Below are positions 11,744 to 24,599 of a stretch of DNA of 64,000 nucleotides, piece after piece. This DNA is from Octopus sinensis (lineage: Eukaryota). The DNA lies in the NCBI RefSeq assembly GCF_006345805.1, contig NC_043019.1, forward strand, positions 8,989,360 to 9,053,359, written 5' to 3'. Within the stretch, counting starts at the first letter, position 1; every line of letters starts with the position of its first letter. The position numbers and the translations under genes were made by a program. The notes under the pieces were generated by a model. That model did no database searches. It had not been told where the DNA came from and was given only the letters and a program-made list of their open reading frames with translations.

Positions 11744-14294
11744 TAAGGACGTGTTGTTCAGGAGCAGCAACAATCACAAATATTCTTGGTCAAGAAAAAT
11801 GTAGGAATATATATTTGGTTGATGGACCTAAAAGAAATGGTTATAAAACCTTCTTTAAATTATCCAAAATAAAAAAAAGGAAGAACGCCATTCTAGAATA
11901 TGTTGCAACGCGTATGAAAGCCATACGAAGCAGATGGAATGGTCGACTAGCATATCTTTGAACTCTGGCTCTGCTTGTTCATGGCTGATCGAATGAATGA
12001 ACAATGTACGCAAGTAATCGACTGATGTGAAGGTCTACGTCTGTGTGGTTGGGACTGGTTGGTCTTTTGAATGTAAGGTTGAAGTTTCGGTTCATGCAGA
12101 CGGCTGCGCGTGGTGACTTTGGCCAAAATAGTTCGTTTCAGTTTGTGTCAGGGCTTTCGGTTGAAATGAGCTGAGTGCTAATGAGGCCCTCGCTGTCTCC
12201 AGCCATTACCTGTTGGATACTTCATTGGATCAGTCGTTGTATATCTGCGAATATCTTCATTAACACATAAAGTAATTAGCAAAGCACATTACTCCGTAGC
12301 AAATCTTATATGCTTACTAATAACGACAGTGCGTGTGTATGTATGCGTGCGTGTATGTGTGTGTGTGTGTACCTGCGTGTGTGCGCTTGCGTGTGTTTGT
12401 GCGTGCGTATGTGTGTGTGGGTGTATTAAACTAAACCTTTTAAGGCGGTTTTGCAGCATGGCCGTCGACCAATGACTGAAGCGAGTAAGAAAAAGCAAAA
12501 AGAATAAAGGACGAGGAAGAAATAAGCGAGAAAAGACTGAATGACCACGGCTGGAATGTGACCATTCTGGTTCTGGGTAAAATCGGTAAGAATTCGATGA
12601 GAAAAGTGAGGAGATTATTATGGACTTTTCATATTTGGCACTTGTTTTCTTCTTCTGACTTCTGGAACATGTTGGGTTAATCGTGTACTCACTATTTAAT
12701 ACGGTTTAATGGTGAGAATTTGCGAGAGATGTCTTGGGGCATAATCATAAGAGCTTCGGGTAAAAACTTCAGTGCAATACGAATGTGAAATGTGAGGCGG
12801 TTATACGGTGAATATAAGCAGGCAATTAGTTTGAGACAACTTGGGTAGACATTCTCGATCAGGGTTCACGTGGGGCTTATAACAGCCAACAATAACACTA
12901 ACAAACATGTTTTTTGTTTTTGTCTCTCGTGAGAACCAAGAAAGAAACTACGTATTCGGTCTTCCTGCAAAAAAATACTGTAAAATATGGTTCAAACTTT
13001 CAACTCACCTTCTGACTACAAAAGAATACATGAAACAATAAGATAAGGAAGTGGAGGGCAAAGAAAACCCGAGAGAAACAAAGGAGATACAGCAAAAAAA
13101 GAAAAGCAAGAAAACCAGCAACGAGAAGGAGAAACAATATTAAACGTTCCGAGGTGCAGAGACAGAGATAGAAGGACGAACGGTACAAGTTATCATTTAT
13201 AATTTAATGAGATCCAAAAGAGAAAGTGAATTTTAAGTATTACCGGAAACGAAGCAGCGAATAATTTGTGAGAAATGCTGAGGAATTTGGATTTAATGAG
13301 TATAAGTTTCGTAGATAAGGAAACGAATATAATATAAATAGTTAGGAGAAAAGAATGAGAAGATGTAATATGTGTATACACGCACACACACACTATACAT
13401 ACGCTCTTACATATATAAATATAATCATACGTATATATGTGTGTATGTATATACATATGGTTGTGTCACGCAACTTGTGTCTGTAAGCGGGTATTTGTAT
13501 GTATAGGCATGCCTGTATGTGTGTAAGCTTGTATTTATACGTTTAGTGATATCCATATGCGTGTTGTAAGTATGTAAACGTATATGTATATATATGATAT
13601 TGTTTATAATCATATTATTTAATTATATATTTATCATGTATTTTTCCTTTATGGTTTTCCTTATCAGATTCCTCTTTGAAAGTAAGACATTAAAAAAATC
13701 TGGTTAAATATCGCCTAAGTCTCAACACATTGTAGAGAAGGTACAATAGTACTAAAAAAAAATGGCTAACTTCAGTGATGGAAGAGAATTTAAATGTCAC
13801 CATTTCGCTTGCATATATCATAACACATTTTTCTATTCCGTTTCATCTTTCCACTCATTAAAGACGCATTCATTATTGTGTTGCAAGTAAAACAAACAAA
13901 GTTTAATAGAATTTTATATTGTATTTCATGTAAAACGAATTTGGCAATGGGAAATGTTCTGAGGAACTCACAGAGGTAGAAGGCTTGCGATGAGCATGAG
14001 GTTTGTTTTGGTAAGAATGTGAAGTCAAAAATGGTGACATTCCGATTGCAGTTTGTTATGTGGCAGCATCTCTAACTCGCAGGTTAAACTATGTACAGAG
14101 AGTTAATGGAGAGATTTGAAGTGTGACGTAATATGGACAATAAGAGGCCAGTGAAATACAAAAGTAGGATGACGTATTTGCTTGTGTGCAGTTTTTATCA
14201 TCCAAAACGAGTCAGCATAAGTAATGTGAAATAGCTGAAAAGGAGGCGATGAGAATCGAAATCCCGAAAGCAGCGTTCTCCTAACATCACCGTT

Positions 14295-14354
<60 letters not shown>

Positions 14355-14819
14355 ATATTTAGAACGCGAAACCCTCTGGGGCATACATCCTACACAATGT
14401 CGCAAATTATTCACTCTTTTGTATTCTACCTTAACAGATGGTTTTGTAGAGTTTCTTCTCGGAAGGAAATATCTTACCTTCGCCTCAAGGATTTCCAAGA
14501 AAATACAACATACGGAGCTCAAAATTCCTGCGGCTTTAATCAAGTTAAATGTGTCCGTGGCTAATTTTTTTTCATTATGTGTTCATGGCTATGATGCCTG
14601 CTGTTGTTGTTGCAGTTGTTGTATATGGCGCAGTAGGCACACCACCTTATGTTATATACATTTGGTCTCGGTATTAATCTAATTTTTCTAATGTAAATCA
14701 GTTAGGTTTTGTGTTGAGAAGGAATCCGTGTTCTGTGAAATAATGTCTTGTGTATCATTTTTTTTTTCTTTTCTTTCTTGAATTGAATAAGATTACATTG
14801 CCAGCGGGCAGTGTCACTT

Positions 14820-14848
14820 ATGTGTATGTATGTATGTATGTATGTATG

Positions 14849-14882
<34 letters not shown>

Positions 14883-14981
14883 TGTATGTATGTATGTATG
14901 TATGTATGTATGTATGTATGTGTGTATGTATTGTATGCATGTATGTATGTATGCATGTATGTATGTATGTATGTATATATG

Positions 14982-15015
<34 letters not shown>

Positions 15016-15281
15016 TGTATGTATGTATGTATGCATGTATGTATGTATGTATGTATGTATGTATGTATGCATGTATGTATGTATGTATGTATTTTATGCA
15101 TGTATGTATGTATGTATGTATATATGTATGTATTGTATGTATGTATGTATGTATGTATGTATGTGTGTATGTATTGTATATATGTATGTATTGTATGTAG
15201 TATGTATGTATGGTATGTATGTATGTGTGTATGTATTGTAATATGTATGTATGTATGCATGTATGTATGTATGTATGTATG

Positions 15282-15315
<34 letters not shown>

Positions 15316-15460
15316 TGTATGTATGTATGTGTGTATGTATGTATGTATGCATGTATGTATGTAGATGTATGTATGAGTGTGTGTATGTATGTATGTGTGT
15401 GTATGTATGTATGTATGTATGTATGTATGAATGTATGTATGTATGCATGCATGTTTGTGT
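14820..15460. repeat. Long imperfect (TATG)n array, about 640 bp
   Basis: Direct reading; source of the MYVC/HTYI pseudo-ORFs. Confidence 0.95.
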
Positions 15461-15522
15461 TTCTCTCTATATATATATATAAATATGTATATACACGTTT
15501 CCCTTTGTGTGTATTTTTGTGG

Positions 15523-15553
<31 letters not shown>

Positions 15554-15570
15554 GATATATATATAATGTA

Positions 15571-15602
<32 letters not shown>

Positions 15603-17030
15603 TATATATATATATAAAGAGAGAGAGAGAGAAACAGAGTGAGGGAGGGAGGGATAGAGATAGAGAGGGGTGCCCACATATACACACTGGAATGCTTCCA
15701 CACATACAGCGAGACAAACAAATATGTCAGTATATAGAGATATAGATATATTTTGATATATTATATATATTCTTGTATGACTGTCTGTCCCTGTATACAT
15801 GTAGACATGTAAATGTATGTATATATGTATATGTTTATGTATATAGATATATGTGTGCGTGCGTGGCTGTGTGAAGTCACGTGGGTAAGGGGTAGCGTGC
15901 AGTTTCCATGATCTGGCCAAGAGGCCAGTGTGTATCTATATTCCAGGAATGGAAACCTCAATCGTAAGATTCCGGTTTCCATTGTTGGATCGGGAGGTGA
16001 ATTTTGATCTTCAGCAAAACACTTTACTTCACATCGCTCCAATTCAGTAAGCTCGCGAAAGAAACTTATCCTGCGATGGACTCATCCGAGCCGACGAATA
16101 CATACACCACAAAATCTGCGAAATCGATACTGCGAGCCCATAACCCGGATGAGACCGTTGATTCATTGGACGTAAAAAAAAAAAAACAGAAAAAGAATTT
16201 TAATAAAAGCCTGAAATTCGTTTTCCCATGTTCTTGGGGCATTTTAAATACCAATCAGATACTGGCATCGATTCTTGTCTCTCTCTCTTTCTCTCATTCT
16301 CTCTCTCTCTCCTTCTCTCTCTTTCTCACTCTCACACACTCTCTTTTATTCTCTCTTCCTCTCTCATCCTTTTAGGCTTCGGTACAGCTGGCAAGATGAT
16401 ACTTGAAATCTCTCGCAAAGAGAGTCCCCTTTGAAATTTTCAAGACAAAGATAAGGCACGCATCCAAGAAATGATCAAGCCTTCTATCTACAATGTCCCA
16501 TGGACTCACCACTTTCTAACCCAGTGCATTATAATGCGGTTGTTATTTCTAGCATCTCGAGTGACCATACAGTGATACCCTCCGTCTTGTGTTTTGACTT
16601 TGTTGAAAACTGACAATTAATTATTTCGAATCATCTTGAGAGATTAGCGGAACGCGGAACACGTTTGCTAAATGTTACCTGTTAGTCAGCAGATATAATG
16701 ATGATCGATGCGTATAGATGCGAGTATATGTGTGGGTGCAGAGGAAGGACGAGAACGATGTGTGTGTGTGTGTGTGTGAGAGGGTGTGTGTGAGTGTGTG
16801 TGTGTGTGTGAGAGTGTGTGTGTGAGTGTGTGTGTGTGTGAGAGAGATAGACGGAGGGGCAGAAGAGAGGAAATGCTAGCTGAAACAAAAGGTGGAACAG
16901 TGATCATATCTTTAACAAGTGAGTAAGTGAAGGCGGATACACATACGAGATAAACATCGGCAGATAAAAGGTTTCTAGACACACTGATAAACACAGACGC
17001 ATTCAAACGGAGTCGTGTGTGTGTGTGTGT

Positions 17031-17190
17031 GAGTGGCTGTGTGGTAAGAAGCATACTTCCCAACCACATGGTTCCGTGTTCAGTCCCACTGCGTGGCACG
17101 TTGGGCAAGTGTTTACTCCTATAGCCTCGGGCCGATCAGAGCCTTGTGAGTGGATTTGGTAGACGGAAACTGAAAGAAGCCCGTCCTATA

Positions 17191-17234
<44 letters not shown>

Positions 17235-17450
17235 TGGGTGTGTATCTATTTGTGTATGTGTTTGTTCACCCCACCATCGCCTGACAACCGATGTTGATGT
17301 GTTTACGTCTCCGTAACTTAGCGGTTCGCCAATAAAAACCGATCGAAAAAGTAATAGGCTTACAGAGAATAAGCCCTGAGGTCGATTTGTCTGACTAAAG
17401 CGGTGCTCCAGCATGGCTGCAGTTAAATGACTGAAACAAGTAAAAGAAAG
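17031..17450 (+). mobile_element. Full-length tRNA-derived SINE, family A
   Basis: Head GTGGCTGTGTGGTAAGAAGC...GGTTCCGTGTTCAGTCCCACTGCGTGGCA (A/B-box-like), CORE-like block GGCA.TTGGGCAAGTG, internal (TA)n, tail GACTGAAACAAGTAAAAG. Confidence 0.9.
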
Positions 17451-17468
17451 TATATACATATATATATA

Positions 17469-17870
17469 TGGCGTGGCTGTGTGGTAAGTAGCTTTATACC
17501 AACCACATGGTTCCGGGTTCAGTCCCACTGCGTGGCACCTTGGGCAAGTATCTTCTGCTATGGCCCCGGGCCGATCAGAGCCTTGTGAGTGGATTTGGTA
17601 GACGGAAACTGAAAGAAGCCCGTCATATATATGTATATATATATGTGTGTGTGTGCGTGTATGTCTGTGTGTCTGTGTTTGTCCTCCTAGCATTGCTTGA
17701 CAACCGACGCTGGTGTGTTTATGTCCCCGTCACCTAGCGGTTCAGGAAAAAAGACCGATAGAATAAGTACTGGGCTTACAAAGAATAAGTCCCGGGGTCG
17801 AGTTGCTCGACTAAAGGCGGTGCTCCAGCATGGCCGCAGTCAAATGACTGAAACAGGTAAAAAAAAAAGA
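17469..17870 (+). mobile_element. Full-length tRNA-derived SINE, family A (second tandem copy)
   Basis: Collinear with 17031-17450. Confidence 0.9.
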
Positions 17871-18554
17871 GTAATATATACACACACACATATACATACC
17901 TAGATACACACACACACACACACATATGTATATGCGTACGTCCACATGCAGCTGTAGATAGATGATGAACGAATATACATACAGATAGTCATGCGTACGT
18001 ATCCACTCATGCATACAGACACACCTCGAGAAACAGATACAAGAGATACAAGACAAACACTAAGACACACACAGCCAAACAACGTCCAAGTTTTTGTTAT
18101 TATCAATAGACATAATCTTCTGTTTTATAAATCTGTTATGTCTTTGCGAGATAAAAGTATTTAGTTGATAATTACATAAACAGAACCGCTAATTTATTTT
18201 TAATCTTGCAGACTAATTAATCTGCAAAGAAATATATAATTACAGAAATAATTAGTAGGAAAATTGGTCAATGTTTCAAATTACGCAGAAACAGCATATA
18301 ATCACCTGCTGTGAATATACAGTGTTAGATTTGTAGAACAACCATCGAATGTTTAAAGATGTCTGCTTCTTTTTATCTTTTTTTTAATTCTGCTTTGAAC
18401 ATAATATTTGCATGTACTTTAAATTAATGTGCAATAGTGAGCGACATTATGGAACTTGTTGATAGAGAACTAAAAATGTAGACAATAACGTCTGCACATA
18501 TATACATGTGTATATATATGTAATATTTGCCTTGAAATTCAGCGATAATTGAGC

Positions 18555-18586
<32 letters not shown>

Positions 18587-18984
18587 TTGTGTAAGTATGT
18601 ATGTATGTATGTATGTATGTGTGTATGTGTGTATGTATGTATACACACACACGCAGGTTAGTTTATCTCGTTACCGGCAGTTTCGTGCCTGGAGACGAGC
18701 ATTTACTACGATCGCCTGGAAGAGAGAATTTTCGTTGAGTGAGATGATGCATCGATAACCGCCATTACTGCTGCATCAACGAATGTACGGGAAAGCTCAT
18801 CAAAAGCCACCCCTTCCTGCGGCTTGCCTCCGGGAATCTATCTCTAAATAACAATATCTGAAAACTTACTGAATTAACACAAATGATGTATCGCCTCAGT
18901 ACTCTATCAAATATACTGAGTTGTCGATCCCCATACTTACATCCATATGTATATATACACACAAACATATAAATATATATAGGA

Positions 18985-19043
<59 letters not shown>

Positions 19044-19065
19044 TAGATAGATAGATAGATATATG

Positions 19066-19097
<32 letters not shown>

Positions 19098-20167
19098 TAT
19101 ACACATACACACACATATGTATCCTGATATTTCTATTTATATTCAAAGATTTACATTAAACTAAAAGACTACTGCATTCTTTGTGAGGAATATGTATTTT
19201 TCCTACAAAAACTGTGTTCAAATTACTGTCAGTGTTATAAAAAAATAATACGTATACATTTTCACAGTCTTACACACACGCATACACACGCATATACACC
19301 ACCTCAGACACATATACGTATGTTTATGTATATATGCAAATATACATATAAATATATACGTTTACGCGTGTGTGTGTGCATGGATGCATCTGTGAAACAA
19401 GTCACATTCAGATTTATAAAATTTTAAAAAAACACTGCAGGCGAACTTTTATCCACGCATATGTAGAAACAAGTACAGGTGTATACGAACACCACACACC
19501 TACGAGTATGCTGACACGAACACAATCGACAAATATTTGTATATTATATGTATGTGGGGCGGGGGGTATGTAGACGCCTGTGCATATATCTATATATACG
19601 TATATATTTACGTAGATGTAGATGCATGCTATCTACATGACATTGAATGAGTCACATCAAAAGAGGAGCAGTCATTTTTTTTGGTCTTCTAACGTATCTT
19701 CCCTGTTTCGTGGTTTGTCTATGAAGCTGAACGCGTCTTTGACAACCTGCAAGAAATCGTTTATGACTTAACTATGCGTTAAGCTTTCGTCGCTTTCTCC
19801 TTCTCCATAACTACATCGTTAGCCCAGCCAATCAAATGCTGTAGTTATTACAATAATTACTTTTTTCCACCTCCACTGCAATTCTTGTTGTTGTAGTTTT
19901 ATGTTAATTTCATAGTTTTTTTCATTATTTGAACTGTTTGCATTCGCGTTTATTTTTTTCTTTCGTAACATCAAATTGTTTTCGTTGTTGTTTTTACGTC
20001 ATCAATGTTGTTCTTCTTCTCATTATTGTTCTTGCTGTTGTTGTTGTTGTTGTTGTTGGTAGAGATGGATGTAATGGCGGCCTGTTGGTGGTGGAGCGCA
20101 GCACGTTGTAAACACTCGAGAAGTAAGGTCTAATAAGGAATTGCTATTTATACATATTTACATCTTC

Positions 20168-20220
<53 letters not shown>

Positions 20221-20544
20221 CATCATATTTCGAATTGATAAAATGCTGGAATTTTATGTCTTGCGGCATTGAATTAAATCTACTTTTCTTATACTCTCGG
20301 ATTTATCTGCGAATATTCTCCCTTCCGAAATTGATAACAGCCATAATCTCTCCTTCTTAAACTCATTACGTTTCTCGAAGAAAACTTGTTTGTTTTTTAA
20401 GTTTTGAAATAATAATAATCAGTATTGTTGTTTCTCACAAGTAAATTTATTAAAACGCGAGGTAAAGTGCATGACACAAATGCATAGGCTTACTCTTGGC
20501 ATGCTTTTGTTATTCTGAAGATAACAACTGGCAGAACCACCACT

Positions 20545-21388
20545 GAGAAAGATCCATGTAAAACCACTTGAGAACTGACAAAAGAACTTCAAGTTAGCCA
20601 GAAAACTGTCTGCAACCATTTGCATGCGATTGGAAAATCAAAAAAATGCTCGACAAACGGGTACCACAGGATTTGAAGGAAAATCAGAAAATGCGCAGAT
20701 ATGAAATTTGCTCGTCGCTTCTCTGTAACCAGACCGATCCCTTTCTCGACCGTATTGTAACTTGCGATGAAAAGTGGATTCTGTAAAATAATTAAAAAAA
20801 CGTTCTTTGCAGTGGTTGGACCAATATAAAACACTGAAAGCCCTCCCTAAACCCGAGCTCTTAAAAAATTGGTTATGATGACTCTTTGGTAGTATACTGC
20901 TGAATTTATCTACTATAACTTCTGAAAACCCGGAAAAGTCATTTCTGTAGAAACATATTGCCATGAGGTTGCCAAAATGAACGAAAATCTCCTACTCCTC
21001 CGTCCCAGACTGGTCAACAGAAGTGGGCCAATCATTCTTCATGACAATGCTCGCCCACACGTTTCATTAATGACGCTCCAGAAGTTGAGGGAACTTAGCT
21101 CCGAAGTTCTTTCTCACCCAGCTTATTCCCCAGACCTTTCTCCTACCGACTACCACTTTTTCAAGCACATTGAACGCTTCATGCGTGAGAAAAGTGCATT
21201 CAAAGTTGTTCATCAGCTCCAGAACTCCAGATATTTACGTTACCATAATAAACATACCTGTAATTTGCTGGCAAAAATGTGTTGATTGAATGGGACTTAC
21301 TGTGAAGAATAAAATTTCCGTATTGTTCAAATGTATTGTGATGAATTTCATGTTTTAAAACGTTGCTTACTTTTTACACAGCCTGATA
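20545..21388 (+). mobile_element. Mariner (Tc1/mariner) transposon relic, 5'-truncated, with degenerate transposase and right TIR
   Basis: Translation across stops and frameshifts: ELQVSQKTVCNHLHAIGK..LDKRVPQDL..RIVTCDEKWIL..IILHDNARPH..HPAYSPDLSPTDYHFFK (WVPHEL-like motif, catalytic D,D,D motifs, YSPDL). 3' end AAAACGTTGCTTACTTTTTACACAGCCTGATA resembles a mariner TIR. Confidence 0.9.
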
Positions 21389-21395
21389 TAATCAG

Positions 21396-21415
21396 TATTA
21401 TTATTATTATCATCA

Positions 21416-21500
<85 letters not shown>

Positions 21501-21520
21501 CAGCAGCAGCAGTAGCATCA
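21396..21520. repeat. (ATT)n/(AGT)n/(AGC)n compound microsatellite
   Basis: Direct reading. Confidence 0.9.
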
Positions 21521-21529
21521 TTATTATTG

Positions 21530-21710
21530 AGGTGGCAATCCGGCAGAATCGTTAGCACGCCGGACAAAATGCTTAGCGGCTTTTGGTTCGTCCTTACGTT
21601 CTGAGTTCAAATTCCTTGAGGTCGACTTTACCTTTCATCCTTTCGGGATAGATGAAATAAGTACCAGTGGAACACTGGGGTCGATATAATCAACTAGCCC
21701 CCCCCCTCCC
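21530..21710 (+). mobile_element. SINE family B
   Basis: GGCAGAATCGTTAGCACGCCGG...GTTCTGAGTTCAAATTCC..GAGGTCGACTTT.CCTTTCATCCTTTCGGG..GAT.AAATAAGTACCAG. Confidence 0.9.
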
Positions 21711-22390
21711 ATGCTGGCGTTTATTATTAGTATTATTATTAGTATTATTATTAGTATTATTATTTTTGTCATCATCATCTTCAGCGCCATCATCATCGTC
21801 ATCATTAGTATCAATATTATTGATTTCGATACGGCCAGAGTTGACAAAAGCGGTTTTACATTTACAGGATATATTTTATTTGTTAACAATTTTCATGAAA
21901 TTTCCAGTGAATGATATCTTCCAGACACAGGAACGGCAAAATGAATATCCACCAGAAACTTATTTCACACGAAACGAAAATGACAAACAAAAATTCCGTG
22001 ACATAATATGCATAAAGGAAGGAGAAAAAGAGTAACCCTTATTTTTGAAATATAGTAGAAAAAAATATTTCGAACTGTTTAGCAAAAATATTTAACCATA
22101 ACGGTTAATTGTAATTATACAAAAGTGTCTCAAGTTCAAAACGTTGCTTTTTCAGTAAACGAAATTTGGTTTCACTATTCCATAGCAAAACCGTTGTCCT
22201 ACACTTTGACAATTTTTGTTTTCTTGACATCTGAAGCAGCTGGAGATACAACAGCTTAAGCAAAAGAACCGGTTATTGCAAGCAAGAATGAATATTATAT
22301 AAAAAAAAACGTATTCGGTCAAATTTGGACATACGACAGTTTAACATAATATCAGCTCTCTCTCTCTCTCTCTCTTTCTCTCTATCTCTT

Positions 22391-22434
<44 letters not shown>

Positions 22435-22589
22435 TCTGTATATATATATATGTAGGTACATATGTGTGTGTATGTATGCATAAACTATTATTATTATTAT
22501 ATACACAGAAACAGATCAACAGATAGATAAATAGATAGATAGACACATATATATATATATACATACATACATGAGCGTATATGCATACA

Positions 22590-22654
<65 letters not shown>

Positions 22655-23232
22655 TATGCACACAGATCATTTAAGTTCTTGCGTCTGACACAGTTTTGAA
22701 GCATCTGGACCCGTCACTCTCACTCACGACCCCGTTTCTCCTCACACCCAGACGAGCAGGGGCAAGTAGAAGCCAACTGCCTCTCTACGCACTATAAACA
22801 CGCAGGCACATGAACACACACACACATACATTCACTTACAGACTGAGACAGAAAGAGTGAGGGAGTGAAAGAGTGAGCGAGAGAGAGAGAGAGAGAAGAA
22901 GAAGAAGAAGAAGAAGAAAAAGAAAGCGACTGAAAGCGCAACAAGCAAGAAAGTATGTTATTTTACTAAACGCGGACATAATCGAAAGACGCCAGAAATT
23001 AAAGTACAGAAAACATGAACACGTGCGTATGCATATATGTATATACATACATCCATATATTCATACATACATATATATACATCTATATTATATATACATA
23101 TATATACATATATTATATATATACATTATATATATATAATATACATATATATATATATATTATATTATATTATATTATATATATATATAATATATTTATA
23201 TTATATACGCATATATACATATGTATATATGC

Positions 23233-23280
<48 letters not shown>

Positions 23281-23613
23281 ATACATATATATAATATATA
23301 CATATATATATATACGTATGTATGTATGTATATGCATATATGCATATATATATATATGTATGTATGTATATGCGTATATGCGTATATACATGTATGTATT
23401 CATAGTAATGTTTCTTATCGAGCGGTGAAGACACACTCAGGTACACATAGACACAGACTCGTACGGTTTGCAAGAAAGCACATCTCCAGGAAGACAGACA
23501 GACAAACGGACAAGCAGGCAGCTGGAATGTAATGTCTGTCAGCCTGCATGTGTGTGCGTATTGGCATTCTCCTTCGCCTTCTCCTCCTCTTCCTCCTCCT
23601 CTCCACCATCATC

Positions 23614-23649
<36 letters not shown>

Positions 23650-24580
23650 ACAGCAGCAAGATCTTCAGCTGCTCTTAACTCTGATATACGACTGACTGTT
23701 GAAGTGAACCTGAAAATACATCTGCTGTGTTAATTACTGCAATAATCTTCTGCATTTCAGTTGATCGGCTGCGAGGTGTGGGTGGGGAGGAAAGGAGTGG
23801 CGGTTGGCGGCGATAGAAGTAGTGATGCCAGAGAGAGAGAGAGGGAGGGAGAGATTGAAGGGGGTGTTGTCCTGACAGTCAGTAGTGGTGGTGGCGACGG
23901 TGTTGGTAGAACTCGCGATGTATTATGAGGGAGGCGGTGATGATGATGTTGAGGATGATGATAATGATGATGATGATGGTGATGATGATGATCGTCATCA
24001 ACATCATCATGATCATTATCATCATCATCATTGACAACATCATCATCATTATCATCATCATCATCATCATCATGAAGGCATTGGTTTTGCCAAATGATTT
24101 CTGCTGGATTCGCTGGTCTTGGAATGAGAGTTCGGAATGGGAATATTTGGTTGTGAGAGAAGGATGAGTTTCATGTGATTATAGAAGAGGTATTGGTGTT
24201 GGTGTTTGTGATTGGGGTGTTCATAGCTCTTCATCATCTCATTAGGATAATTGTGCTAATAGTGTCAATCATAATTGTGTTATGGGTCATGGTTGGATTG
24301 GTGTTCATTATTACTTTGCTTATATTGTGTTTATAGGATTTATATTGATGCCCATAGTGATGATGATGATGTCGGCTTTCTTGAAGGACAAAGGCTCGAT
24401 GGCAGTAATAGGTTTGTGCATGAGGTACTCAAGTTCATTCTTGACAGAGTGACAGACAGACAGATTGAGAAGTAAATTCGTAGAAGAGGAAATAGAAAAA
24501 GAAAATAAGAAAATGAGTTAAGAGAAGCACAGAAGCGAGAGATGGGTTAAATGTGATGAAACGACGATACAATCTACCTG

Positions 24581-24599
24581 TTACCACCAGGTGGCGTTT
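24581..24599 (+). promoter_or_regulatory. Candidate CTCF binding site
   Basis: TTACCACCAGGTGGCGTTT matches the CCACCAG(G/A)(G/T)GGC(G/A) core consensus; lies outside recognisable repeats. Confidence 0.4.

Noticed and set aside
16091-16130. CCGACGA...GCGAAATCGATAC with an ATCGAT palindrome
   Set aside because: Stem II cannot pair and stem I is only 2 bp; likely chance.
16376-16500. Strong acceptor after a long (CT)n tract
   Set aside because: All three frames stop within about 60 nt, and the pyrimidine tract is just a microsatellite.
23500-23711. Minus-strand acceptor followed by FTSTVSRISELRAAEDLAAVDDDD..., resembling an acidic C-terminal exon
   Set aside because: A natural-looking D/E tail needs a frameshift inside the (GAT)n repeat; such cryptic repeats are common in this window.
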